Source of the DNA: a candidate division FCPU426 bacterium
GTDB taxonomy: Bacteria > Oederibacteriota > JAAXVQ01 > JAUVAV01
Direction: 5' to 3'
DNA length: 64,000 bases
Assembly (NCBI GenBank): GCA_040756875.1
Contig: JBFLYH010000001.1
Location: forward strand, 992,001-1,056,000
A model generated the notes under the pieces. The model saw nothing but the letters and a program-made list of their open reading frames with translations, was not told the DNA's origin and searched no databases. The position numbers and the translations under genes are program-made. Within the stretch, counting starts at the first letter, position 1; each line of letters opens with the position of its first letter. This document shows positions 33,201 through 38,261 of the stretch, in pieces.

Positions 33201-36200
33201 AAGACCACGGTATTGATGCCCTCGAGCAGATTGATGGGCTTGTCTGCGGTGCTATACAATTGAAAGACTCCGTCTTCGGTAACCGGCGCTTCCCAGAAAA
33301 CTTCGTAGTTAAAGGACACCTTCAATTTGCAAAAAGCTACATTGCTGTCTTGAATGATCCCGCGCAGGCCTCGATAGGGTTTATCTATGCTGATGCGGCC
33401 TATATCCTGGACCTGTTGGTCTTTGGTCAGCATGTATAGCCCCACTCCCGGGTGGGTGCGGGGCGTTACGGCGCATTCATGCAAAGGTTTGCCGTTGATT
33501 TCAAGCCCGTAGATTTTTGGCCTTTCCATGGAAATGAGTTTGGCGATCTCTTCGCTGGCATTGGGGCCCGAGAAATGCCAGCCTTTGACTTCCACCTGCT
33601 TTTCTACCGTTTGCGGGGTTGATTTATTCAGTCCCATAAGCCGGCTCAGCGCCAGAGGCGAGCCTTCGGTTACGCCGTCCGTGTTGATGACATAATCCGT
33701 GGCAAGATAGGCCAGCGCCCCCACGATCACCGCGCCCGGAAGCCCGCCGGGGATATTAATGGATATGGAAGGTATCCATGAAATAAGTTTGTTAAGATCA
33801 GGCAGGTTTTGCAGGATAAATTCTTTGACATGATTGCGCAAGGGGATCTGGATTTTTTCGCGAAGCAGCAGGTCCACTTCGCTGTTGACCCAGCGGATGG
33901 GCATTTTGCGCAGGTCTTCCAGAGGAATGAACAGCATTTCGATTTCCTTGTCCAGTGCGGCATATAGCTGGTCCGCATCGCGCGTTTCCGGCATGGCGGT
34001 GATAATGGCTGATGTCTGATTGCCAACCACTGTGTTTATGTTGTTCTGTATATTGCTCACGGACGCAATCAGGCTGTTTATCCGGTTTTCTATTTCCACG
34101 GTGGGTATCCAATTGCGGATTTCGGCTGATATGGCGTTGCTGACCTTGTCCTTGGTTTGCGAACCAAAAGCGTTCTGTATGATTTTACCCACGTCGTTTT
34201 GCAAGGGATGGTTGATGAAATTATTCAGGTCATTGACGCTTCCCTGCTGTAATTGGCTTTTCAAGTCCTCAAGCGGCCCTCTAAACCATTCGGCCGCGGT
34301 ATTGGTCGGGTTGGTTATATATTTACTTACAAATTCATCCACGGTTTGAGCAACAACCTGTTTATAGGTGAGGAAATCCGTGCCGGTTCTGGCCAGCAGT
34401 TCCTGCATTCTGTTTCGCACCTCTTGCTTGACCGCATCTTTCAACCAGGCATCGTACATGAGCTGTTTTTCCGCGTTTTCCAACACTTCGTTGATTTTAT
34501 TCTTGATGGGCTTGAATACCGAGCGTTCCAGCTCCTCCTCCAGCTTGCTGGTAAGTATTTCCGCCACTTCTTCATTTAAATTGTTATAGGTTTTGCTTTT
34601 TAAATCGAATAATTTCACGCCGGTATATTGCCCGCTGGCTCCCAATGCTGCAAATCCCGCGACAATGATCACCTGAATTCCGGGGTCCATATCCGGCCAC
34701 AATCGTGTGACCACACTGGAGGTAGGTATATTTATATCCTCGGTGTTGAACTGGTTTAAGTCTTTCATGAAGTCCGAGCCTGACTGAAAGTTCCCGGCAT
34801 AATCAAAACGTCCCAGAGCTAGTCCGATGAGATTCAGGGGATTAATCACTAAATCGTTACGGTTGCTGGTGCGTAAAAACGATAAAAAACTCAAGTCAGG
34901 CCCGTATGCTCCCCAACGGTTTTCCAATTGAGTTAACAGGTTGTTCAACCCTAGTTTTTCGAGCCAGGGAACCACGGGCGAAAACAGCAGGTTTACGGCG
35001 TAGGATTGGGTCGCCATGGGAAGGCTGTTGACGCCATTCAAAGGAGTGCCGATAGTGACGAGTTTTGCGATCTTGTCAATGGGTGTATTTTCCTGCAAAT
35101 ATTTTTTCGCCAATATCCCGGCCTCGCCCCAGGCCATAATGGTGACTTTCTCAGTCCTGGATCTAATATAATTTTCAATTTGGTTCTTAATGGAATCCAA
35201 TTGCAGGTCAATGCTTCCCCATTTCTGTTCTCCATAGATATTGCCCATGCGAAAATCGATGCCGCTGTTTATTTCGCCCAGCCCGGAAAATATCCCGCCG
35301 ATGGAGCTCAAACTGCCGAAAAGGTTGCGCAAGCCGCCGAATTCAATCCCTCCCAGGGAAAAAAGGCTTGAAAGCATAAAATTGAGATTACTAGTGCCGC
35401 TGTTCTCCCTTATGTTTTGCGTGGTCGTGGCGTTTGTGTTGCTTTCATGAGTGGTTGCCGGTTGGTTTACATTGAAAGAATGGGTATTGTCGCTAACACC
35501 GTTTCCATAAGCGTTCTCGGCGTATATTTCAATTTGCACATCGCCGTAAACGTGGTTGCCTTGTTCATCTTCGGCGTTCCATTTAAACTTCAGGCTTTGA
35601 TCGCCGGCAACTTCCACATCAGGAACCGGCTTGCCTTGGGCCAGCATGTTCACCAGAGAACCCGAAGGCTTAAGGTACTTGAAGTACCAGGTTCTAAGCT
35701 GTCTTCCGTTTTGCACCAGCCGCACGTGCAGGCGGTATAAATAGTTCATGGAATCCGTGACGCGCAGGCTCATGAATTGCTGGGCTGCCGAGCAGGTAAT
35801 GCTCTCCGCGGGGGTGGCCGAAGTTTGTATAGTTTCATCGCTGAATTTGACTGTTTTTGCATAATTCTTGGTTTCTTCGTTGCCTGCCGCGTCCATAAAA
35901 GTGATTTTTGGGGCCAGGAGACTCTGCGTGCCGGTCAACCCGCTAAAATCCAGTTCAGCCGACCATTTGGTTTTTTCGTCCGTTGTATCGTCGTCCGCCT
36001 CTTGCACGGCATTGGCTTTAATCGAGATGCTCCCGTCGCTGTTTTTAACCTCGACCGACGGGGGCATTTCGGGGTTGATGTTCTTTTCTTCGATTTCGAA
36101 TTTGAATTTGTATTTGCGTTTGCCGAGAAGGTACTGGGTGTCCGCGGTGTCCACTTCCGTGTTGTTGCTGACGCCGTTGGTGTCGGTGGTGTTGTTGACG

Positions 36201-38245
36201 CGGGTTATTTGGAGAGGGGTGAGAATGGGTTTTATCAGGTCCACCGTCAGTTCATATCGCCCATAAGTATTGGCATCATTTGGAAGTATTTCGCCGCTGG
36301 CCGTGCTCCCGTTATTGTCGTCCCTCCGTGCCGTTAATATAATTTCCACTTTTACGCCATCCGCAAATCCCAAGGAAGCTATATTAATGGTTTTGCCCCA
36401 GGTAAAATAAGGTATTTCATCTTTAACCCTGGTTAAGTTTCTAATGGGAGATGGAGGGCCCAGGGGTTCCGGGGTCGGAGCCGGAGTGGGTGTGGGGGTT
36501 ATTCCAAATACTTGGGTTTTATAAAGGTTGTAGATTTGCTCATTCGCTTGGCTCATGTACTTCAACGGCAACAAACTATCCAAGGCCAAGGTGACTTCCT
36601 TGCCGTTATGATTGGTTATTTTAACCGTCGGTTTTTGCGGTTCCTTGTCGATTTTTCTGTTGAACTGCACGGCTAGTTTGAGGTCGTCGGAATTAATGCA
36701 GGCCTGGGAATCTGAAGTTTTAGTAAAATGGGGGGCGTTATTTACTTTATTCCAGGTGCCGTCTATAACATTTCGATATTTGTCATTTCTCGTCTGTTTG
36801 GCAATGAGCCGCTCGACTGTTACGTCTTTAGAGTTGTCTATATGGATATCATAAGTCTTTTTAAATATCTTTGAACCCCGAACGTTTTTAGCGACGATGA
36901 TGATTTTTCCGTCTTGAAGTTCGGCATTATTTGCAAGGTCTTGTATTTTAGGAACACTGTTACTTCGTCCAGTCCCTTGTGCATTCCAGAGATCATCTTT
37001 ATCCCATTCTGTATATAGGAAGATATCATTTCCACATGGTATTTTCTTAATACTTTCCTCACCCTTAGGAACATATTCATCTATCGGGTAAAATAATTGA
37101 TAATATCCCGTTTTATCCCAGCTTTTTGTATAGTATGTGCCGATACCGGTTATCGAATTATAACCTGATTCAATATTTGTATTTATTGGTGATCCGGGTG
37201 TATAGGGTGTTGTGGCAAGACTGGTAGGTTTTCCTCCAAAACTGAATTGCTGGATAAGATGCTCGTCATCTTCTTCATCATAATATATTTTGACTTCCTC
37301 TAGGTCCGATTGACCTTCCAGGACAGGGTCACCATACGAATTAATAAAAACTCTCAAATAATAACCTTGGAAATCTTCAGTAAAAATGGGAACAACTGGT
37401 CTTTGCCATTCATGATATTTACCATTTGCAAGTTTTTCACCTAATAATCTAACATCGTATTCGGTTTCTCGATGAGGAATATTAAACATAGGATTGATAT
37501 TTACTCCCAATCCAGAATCAATGTGCAAGTGGACTGGGTACTCCTTGCCTTCTAATACCCACGTTTCAATTCCATTAATTGTTTTTATCGTCCATCCACC
37601 TGAATTTCCAACCGCTCCGATCCAATTATGAGTCGGCAACATAAGCGTGTTTCTTGTAACCGCGGCAATTGTTGTTCCCTTTTGCATTACAAAAGAATCC
37701 AAATCGCTTGGATAACGCACCTTTATTTCCGCTACAGGCCCGATAATGTATTTTGCTTTTTTATTTTCTTTGTCATCCCATATAATAACAGTATTATTCT
37801 TATTAACGTCCTTTATAAAGGAAAATGCTGGGTCTGTATTATTGGTATTGTTAGTATCAATATAAAGGTAATTATTTGTTCCGTTATGTGTGATCCCGCC
37901 AATAATGTAAGGGGTATTCCCCTTGTATATATAATCATTATTAAATAAATGCAGGTAGCGATACTCTCTTTTCCTATCTTCAGAACGAACCCTTATGAAT
38001 ATCAAATTAGAATCCTCGTCTTGCTCAACTTGAAGCACCGTACAATTTTCCATAGTCTTTGCGCCGCGGCCTTCCGGAATAGGAAGATCAATTGCTTTGT
38101 GATAATCAGGTTTACTTCCCAATAACCGCGGACCAAAATCATCCGAGAATCTAGTGGCTATCGACTCAACCGAAATTGCTATACCAGAAAATATTAGTAA
38201 AACTAATATTGTTATGAGTAGTACTCCGATTGCCTTACGTACCAT
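15254..38245 (-). CDS. Giant (~7,663 aa) secreted multidomain surface protein / putative toxin-adhesin
   Basis: Single uninterrupted ORF. Likely start ATG 38245 (GGGGTG RBS, signal peptide MVRKAIGVLLITILVLLIFSGIAIS). Contains M23 motifs HKAID/YLH/HLH, a degenerate lipase fold, ~19 FlgD-type 'FSPNxDG...WDG...G.Y...D.AGN' repeats, an HFS motif, two PA14-like domains, a Thr/Pro linker, NHL repeats and a terminal FlgD/CTD-like domain. Confidence 0.9.
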   Translation of the reverse strand: MVRKAIGVLLITILVLLIFSGIAISVESIATRFSDDFGPRLLGSKPDYHKAIDLPIPEGRGAKTMENCTVLQVEQDEDSNLIFIRVRSEDRKREYRYLHLFNNDYIYKGNTPYIIGGITHNGTNNYLYIDTNNTNNTDPAFSFIKDVNKNNTVIIWDDKENKKAKYIIGPVAEIKVRYPSDLDSFVMQKGTTIAAVTRNTLMLPTHNWIGAVGNSGGWTIKTINGIETWVLEGKEYPVHLHIDSGLGVNINPMFNIPHRETEYDVRLLGEKLANGKYHEWQRPVVPIFTEDFQGYYLRVFINSYGDPVLEGQSDLEEVKIYYDEEDDEHLIQQFSFGGKPTSLATTPYTPGSPINTNIESGYNSITGIGTYYTKSWDKTGYYQLFYPIDEYVPKGEESIKKIPCGNDIFLYTEWDKDDLWNAQGTGRSNSVPKIQDLANNAELQDGKIIIVAKNVRGSKIFKKTYDIHIDNSKDVTVERLIAKQTRNDKYRNVIDGTWNKVNNAPHFTKTSDSQACINSDDLKLAVQFNRKIDKEPQKPTVKITNHNGKEVTLALDSLLPLKYMSQANEQIYNLYKTQVFGITPTPTPAPTPEPLGPPSPIRNLTRVKDEIPYFTWGKTINIASLGFADGVKVEIILTARRDDNNGSTASGEILPNDANTYGRYELTVDLIKPILTPLQITRVNNTTDTNGVSNNTEVDTADTQYLLGKRKYKFKFEIEEKNINPEMPPSVEVKNSDGSISIKANAVQEADDDTTDEKTKWSAELDFSGLTGTQSLLAPKITFMDAAGNEETKNYAKTVKFSDETIQTSATPAESITCSAAQQFMSLRVTDSMNYLYRLHVRLVQNGRQLRTWYFKYLKPSGSLVNMLAQGKPVPDVEVAGDQSLKFKWNAEDEQGNHVYGDVQIEIYAENAYGNGVSDNTHSFNVNQPATTHESNTNATTTQNIRENSGTSNLNFMLSSLFSLGGIEFGGLRNLFGSLSSIGGIFSGLGEINSGIDFRMGNIYGEQKWGSIDLQLDSIKNQIENYIRSRTEKVTIMAWGEAGILAKKYLQENTPIDKIAKLVTIGTPLNGVNSLPMATQSYAVNLLFSPVVPWLEKLGLNNLLTQLENRWGAYGPDLSFLSFLRTSNRNDLVINPLNLIGLALGRFDYAGNFQSGSDFMKDLNQFNTEDINIPTSSVVTRLWPDMDPGIQVIIVAGFAALGASGQYTGVKLFDLKSKTYNNLNEEVAEILTSKLEEELERSVFKPIKNKINEVLENAEKQLMYDAWLKDAVKQEVRNRMQELLARTGTDFLTYKQVVAQTVDEFVSKYITNPTNTAAEWFRGPLEDLKSQLQQGSVNDLNNFINHPLQNDVGKIIQNAFGSQTKDKVSNAISAEIRNWIPTVEIENRINSLIASVSNIQNNINTVVGNQTSAIITAMPETRDADQLYAALDKEIEMLFIPLEDLRKMPIRWVNSEVDLLLREKIQIPLRNHVKEFILQNLPDLNKLISWIPSISINIPGGLPGAVIVGALAYLATDYVINTDGVTEGSPLALSRLMGLNKSTPQTVEKQVEVKGWHFSGPNASEEIAKLISMERPKIYGLEINGKPLHECAVTPRTHPGVGLYMLTKDQQVQDIGRISIDKPYRGLRGIIQDSNVAFCKLKVSFNYEVFWEAPVTEDGVFQLYSTADKPINLLEGINTVVLVAENKYGGIARQVFQINLDMMPIQIAPNYPTYEAFIREKRPVMSAIIYNTDINNNIPAGNIGIALQKVNTATAEAESLDAEVLAVTPEKLTFRLAAQEADLSNGYYTILIKAKDEVGKESQSAWGFYFDDEAPLVDIKMADNLAFTHTAPEAPERLRVRYEISDNLSPLLSETRITIRRAGDHIAVYSETMQTRSVGSALFSWDYKTSGDHPMFVAAGDYELVVETKDLAGNQGGQTKPFKIDLTPPVILPGLTLLRMDTAQTPITDNRVNNDFNGFYVKYSVDGDCSVKFVMYNETKNLSYYGAQRAYAQNRRVVDVDENNEPIYQTNPNNYFAWDLTNPFMNIPDGVYTLMLVPEDDAGNVGVMESIAGIIVDRKPPLVTDFAVQPYVLAGEGANVNLYYTISQADDIPEFQGDPVNVEIKVVKKDDLGTVRVFDPAMVLANPAVKIETHSVEYDGNDSQTSQPVPMGRYAFVITATDSHGSHVTKYADFIKEGVAPYISYPDDPAEKLYNTVVIRGLALDPVRTNPAKFKEYRLYYRSGQHEAPSALADLSAWETSEIEVPVINRKSESEKNISLRTVDNNGVLGYWHAQNLADGEYTLLLVDLEEDTVDSSGQTLAGIRMMDTAVALVDKTVPANDPSAPNPVITVQFSNPPPSHNFTTDPQLAIDYTLGLQDVNQADVSLTIFDAGNRQVSHQVQLGVNDREIDAQPPFESIIPINQNTDSCGIYVWQDNEAWHLRINGDGDANTRNAYRFAGILKTDGLFKVTNVIFDRENEEGITYQTGNNIGFECLADSQEHTQGALEGFDFTTTGEWVSFDLYNNGAPLTQEHPDWINIYGQTETSGNVVTKYYVKTKQQFTWDGQDPYGAMVPNGPYTFVLSAVGYGNRGYAEASQNIQLTSPLSLIQAYVDPPVFSTYAGLGSGNTALASSSLRFILSKDALVSVDVIDPNNGDAPVCTLTQGVLCQGGGEWEHSVQWRGNSPTADSRLLLAVGNAAYQFRLHAQATDDPGQTIDRKYNVTINNAQGAGVSASLETVGNTETPIAGIPSIRGESSYYLEIFGEGNWYPPIPFEYTLHAFGTQTIVQYPFVPFVTKARKYYDAVTAMAAVPAPNDGLLTYRERDYKVSAEFIGYYLLDGEKQHSYYPSELNNRVHTFTRSQPKLIFDHSYLSPAKYNNWLNTAYYKEDIQRAHYSVAIKPIGLDALFDVLHFDIVQNQREVTQSASEMGNFAFSSPYNETPMIRAKDGWDNAEIRFWNSEIKYQGWDPAFSFNNLTNRFTQWASENGYYYGAPGDGEEIVTIKDGGSEIDDLTRPGDVPEFPYRDGSTKHYYINYTLEGVADTKDIASPCKYKYVNYWNSAENDFDTQDPFNTYLMFAPEYASYLSDGPHYRYDLYPVSSGETWKPADEAPLSYTPGKSTLNDRNRILFDKIGPHKFRAHSQLWLPVFEAPFPFSPSEQKDRTIVDFILNELNGNPDKHWNKTYFPKVGEVGYYSPNSNYMELNPDKSFINYGDEPGNASWVRKTNQWLRYDPAVDGYAYEIDPLEDFNQGVLYTYGPEIVEQGNGSDTPITFETGQPGVAGKEKKIQNITLEGFNTGDIVNLSDLPGKQADIYLGANGTEKVYFNGKDFDTYWSTADDPALNNTNGLIVSAPDSMTFDSAPKMYLLKELYPFSNQNPAETNHSIYGLNTYWATGYGGVSATPQDNPEISIADWKIQTRYMDGSLCEDFQIYNRAFHENTFHTHEGQEFTDAFEFKLVESPGGKWLVEIRGTAGGAGLDHYEIYYYDDDGWHLIMNSADPDYADRIAHYPAGVLGYWDVTNLVGRYTVLLRAVNGQGGAATATDEVVIGKYIEAGSTLPEHSIAHDPYKRSTLQFKPGSFEENTVVSVNSVPLTKAKVAVKPAIIPLGPVIEIKADKKIEFNDPEDQPTLTFRFTYAEAVEYGLIGSTNIMTIYHMDAEGELEPLSTDISYYKLVDGSYEPPTNGSYQDEFENGDPGYVIVAYASVQHFSYYLVLKGGPLPANITLDQPVSPVNVAGIAIDGTGAVGQEVECWVDDDAEYADQGGGDSTPPVLQTQTFAITTPISGLNTIGAYSLAINLPFEGDNYLYVKYQNLENSPMAMRVVNRDLRPAQFTLFEVLNPKFSPNGDGVKDQTKIRFSLDEPATVIYKLYDTSGNEMETQELPLAPSLAKRGDGGVEEITWDGLKADGTTYPEGIYTVRLFVADSMGNISPESSQVKSIWLDLTPPEITDTIADLGAFSPGNDGINDTIGVPFALSEYAYVTATVRDADNNIVWRLGDPLALTAPAQHSLIWDGSVLNDSWLSEKVYTVHLKAVDEAGNSSITKYCQVAVDLTTLTISRLSVMPGVFSSHGGSSKLTYHINDDADVTIKITQMGNTDYPDGMVRVIQSNLRQSPGYHSVSWDGLNDAHQSVTEGTYTFRVVATDTSGNPAEPQNIAVSVANDTALPLASIVDILPNTITPNCPTSVGQNDVARIKFSLYDEVTSGDGISGPLKDIRLRIYKYGQLVRDLAQYASLPQGDAHITSWDGKDNAGQYVADGSYTVLVTCKDNSGNPSTSYRPESRGVVYVDNQAPEVFDVSSSPRVLSGSSGNDHVVIRYFLRDNLQNTPGFNFHTSISIFNYNDPANALKTVDSAVDGAEWNQVDWDLSGMAESIYFFRITTQDPAGNPARESGYAGVVVDKTPPEVNVVSVDIDTPFSPNPPLGDGLKDTNELKYFCADNTDKTPQMTVKVCPSGNLNNPILKLLDNTSVAGGNTHAAVWNGKDSGGITAPEGSYIYEVLAVDEAGNSAYAYSGPVTLDITSPAEFGSITINPEIFSPNSDGIKDETAITYVTPAEETVITHKIVGEADRFNWEAEGQGLYYPPKTFEYEVIVEGQRTNYEYVTFTCRVEVKGIDNNTIPPTIVFPLERGVAYDPVEFNWVLTKDFECWGLDGIPSLGDGVEAKYFDRYSSIGPFEVDPYGPVETRIEDTPYYDWGLGGPEGVQNGPPDYGPMIDGFQARWRGVLYIPPHEQTLIYRATSDDGQYLSSFDLSFPNNINAMIEDWHERYDDLPVSQIYESHSAINRDQLDGLQYDMFEKNNTGLPNYAVAKLEWNQGPEGAWEPIPRQYWYSRTPSIIHVTDDSTTGNAVWNALDNYTGKYAGTFVPVSPSAYNLHYRENWPPTLPPTYYTAKYMVETNGDSITALVQGNSITALTYAHDSSGYVLDPNTDQPAPWRDTYCRGLYTEYYQDTGFVDLAATTITPTVFYDWIDDQPNTTPFPHVFDHEGPIYVPNPDDNSQGTPLPQVNADAAFSVRWTGLLYTPYNKTYTFKVKTYGEKVALWIGNQKIIDAHQSGMQEPCGDTLLAAGQWYPIRFELINYGEYQEYDPYMQEGDERELLWGWSDQFGNYQGDHPIPPEYLAVKSWREEPNVRTHHKKGYYSRRLNDLLVAPKTIYQKETLHEAPITVTTNTNTVYAAFYSADGSIDYGSTISYTDPYANDFHIIAEPIDGAGTSVLPWAITSPRRVVTADYLHNSFVAFAYLPGSIPNSNNADALDEVKKVTIKFYDPATHEEVTNTISAYFEYNLDWPGSQYLPNGVTFTCSSSEPFSTRPVQTFRKENDEVRLNFAGAGEPRNVFDSTGAYLPPEIANRVKINYWSITPTSTDGSIRTDVLIENIITHKNEDPDLDHYNGDFTVRLSDSLVIRTLADGNTLAASTSVEQTWDGKTNLGVVAPDGTYTSKLWAYDQAWNWTLTNRPVSVDNTPPDVSISSPGDFSQVTGSISILGKATDEHFSQYWLFAKPVGASLWNTLTASGRPMAGPQDLLGVVDSSGLNGDWELRLAAEDEAGNRSETTRTYTLINDSDFVLQLYPGYPLISPNGDGVLDTYTLTAYLPQAAVWDCDIYPAGQTTKIRTLAYQETAGPDTATLVWDGKLADAITTAPDGDYYFNLTATATIGTNTLKAYRSGKVEVDTTTPTARLDAPAWGSQVEGTVELRGTAWDKNFLQYRLFYFPADDMSNPILLLSSNTSKTQEHLGWFNSQGLQGDYILALWVMDAAGNVGLDFKSVSVDNQAPNVAIMSPAPDEVIVGGNIQVEALIDDPHLATWSLQYGESYAPMNWSELASGTANVPQAVIHVWDTKPLQGEYTLRIIARDQAGNQTVIKRKVVLDNAAPLAVIDSPTDNAAVNGLVEIVGIADDPYFKEYKINLYHEGTKNTKKIGTKAIIAGTLCEWDTSKEEDGIYNIELVVFDSAGNSSYAHAWNILIDRQGPGLVRIESPRAPDDDLGANPLLHGTVDVRATITGDDLDHYLLKYLDLNAAQADWKTLTANALSAPVSNAVIHAWDTTQILLASEGGSGAGGAYLYILKLNAYDQAGNETSDEVTVEIDNEAPLVAIDSPLDQSYLHGQADVFGTVTEAHPGLSTLTLLPPSGSPVELSITARPLDHSHVCRLDTTSHMDGAYQLALRHEDLLGHEASQTIGMTLDNTVPQAIIVSPGPDTPVGQSLSIMGTADDANFKIYKLELDHEGTKYTQEGNGRIVNGVLGMWDASLMIGSAVASLYVEDLAGNANTTSMQIVFDHTPPILTDLGADPNPFSPASSNNQITRIRFGLNEACQVSLCVLDALGNTLQSQTSGFPMTSPGNDNFFTWDGKNTSGDIMPAGIYAYFLSAIDLAGNLGAPAVGQVTVSDDITPPIITSLQVEPAWISPNNDGVQDETQLTYQVEDGAATQVRTRLEIIGPDAAVVLVNGIEDAGQIHSAAWDGKDSQGTLALDGEYRIKLTAWDAANNPAVVEKPVYVDTAAPQAVGTAIPDLISPNSDGMLDSTQITLNLSDNFPVYVTYSVQVRDAADHIMRTLGENHAVLPYDTQYIWNGLKDDSNRVNDGIYHLYLGMQDQAGNAAAVNPVEISVDLTPPEVEINYSQSPYTDTAGNHYSRFGTHPWLDRYDPVVNNMSSGVARTVYQVRRAADPVTPLNGLREYNGGPFYLLDVWVDAEGTTHFAYWQDGEYAADFMSVDAGGNTMPLRTRLFRSDNTAPAAWMEQDGMPIVQGHETSPDRVLALAASDNYSGLSATALSIDQGVWTFNPQPFSLVVGEHSLEYYAVDNVGNSSNVASLNVRVLEPTATPTPTATWTATSTQTPTATATPTDTATPTASPTDTATPTASPTASDTATATASPTATDSDTPTASPTETDTPTPTFTATPSATATGTTTDTSTATSTHTGTATFSPTATGTATASSTATSTATSTVTMTATATPTATVTVTATSTASATATPIGGNGCLILSPCEGSLVNGYVHVVGIATAAKKKDFQGYVLAYRPAAGGALVTIAQGDHPVVIGLLGAWNTCGLEQGLYELVLTVTCRGVQLNAPTIMTHSVRVRVGDWTFLGQIGTGVKGCSNQQFNEPWDAEVDGTSCLYVSDSKNNRVQKFDAGDQYLQTIGAKGTRPGEFKLPTNIDVSKPFHTLSLSPGGRGEGEGENELYVTDYQNKRVQVLDLQGNYIREYAAAGDVLQWPVSVCLSNDNVGYILDGNGKVFYVDDADALRPIKDWPDGVSAACYDPLAHYTDLAAGRALTEEAYYLGLNDARVLDRVHQVANKVEKLDAQGNPLYSYKGTQNKYEPQNVKIGPLGNVWISDLENHRIQEFGPYGNLIGAFGGFGSVHGKFDRPHGVTFKEGRDVQLNAPAEHYAYVVDTGNHRVQKFRLDLAEAAPTPGPTATPAARLEVLALNSQPAVFIPKEGQKTSISYFVTKPAMVSLAILDRFGGMVKGYSEQEISRAGELQFVLWDGRNNFGHIVEPGMYTIRAEASAGQEHAASTALVTILPKGAELPTPIPSPTGVITPVWTPTPEPTKTPVPTKTFTPTVSPTVTPDLELHDCYAAPNPFRPEEGQTTWIHYTINLDAKVVITIRSKTTGKVVMVFGPFAPGAPNGQAGHNQVEWDGHEDLGDDVTGACHWRSYKYNCAISAEVLGQTEERNIEIIKEIYK
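16158..16186 (-). repeat. Degenerate GTAG-type REP inserted in frame in the giant gene (GRDVQLNAPA)
   Basis: GGTCGGGATGTTCAATTGAATGCCCCGGC shares the TTCAATTGAA core with the perfect palindrome at 17093; lies in an NHL loop. Confidence 0.7.
16777..16818. repeat. CCCTCTCCC...GGGAGAGGG REP-like element in frame in the giant gene (TLSLSPGGRGEGEG)
   Basis: CCCCCTCACCCTCCCCTCTCCCTCCTGGGGAGAGGGATAAGG resembles the intergenic repeats at 6688, 14170 and 55139; lies in an NHL loop. Confidence 0.75.
17093..17122. repeat. Perfect 30-bp GTAG-type REP palindrome in frame in the giant gene (CRGVQLNAPT)
   Basis: TGTAGGGGCGTTCAATTGAACGCCCCTACA is its own reverse complement and spans exactly 10 codons. Confidence 0.9.
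17378..17842 (-). repeat. Low-complexity Thr/Ala/Pro/Ser linker (~155 aa) in the giant protein
   Basis: PTATPTPTATWTATST...TATPTASPTDT... repeats separating the Ig stalk from the C-terminal NHL/FlgD module. Confidence 0.9.
19601..19632 (-). repeat. CACGAAG-type repeat in frame in the giant gene (DHEGTKYTQE)
   Basis: Minus-strand GACCACGAAGGTACGAAGTATACGCAGGAA resembles the tandem units at 48914-49105. Confidence 0.65.
20545..20577 (-). repeat. CACGAAG-type repeat in frame in the giant gene (YHEGTKNTKK)
   Basis: Minus-strand TTTACCACGAAGGCACAAAGAACACGAAGAAGA versus intergenic TCACCACGAAGACACGAAGGGCACGAAGGAGG. Confidence 0.75.
26609..26655. repeat. Nested palindromic REP-like element in frame in the giant gene (ELPLAPSLAKRGDGGV)
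   Basis: Outer arms AACTCCCCC/GGGGGAGTT and inner arms CCCCCTCTTT/AAAGAGGGGG; lies just before the WDG motif of a FlgD repeat. Confidence 0.8.
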
Positions 38246-38261
38246 AATACACCCCATAAAA

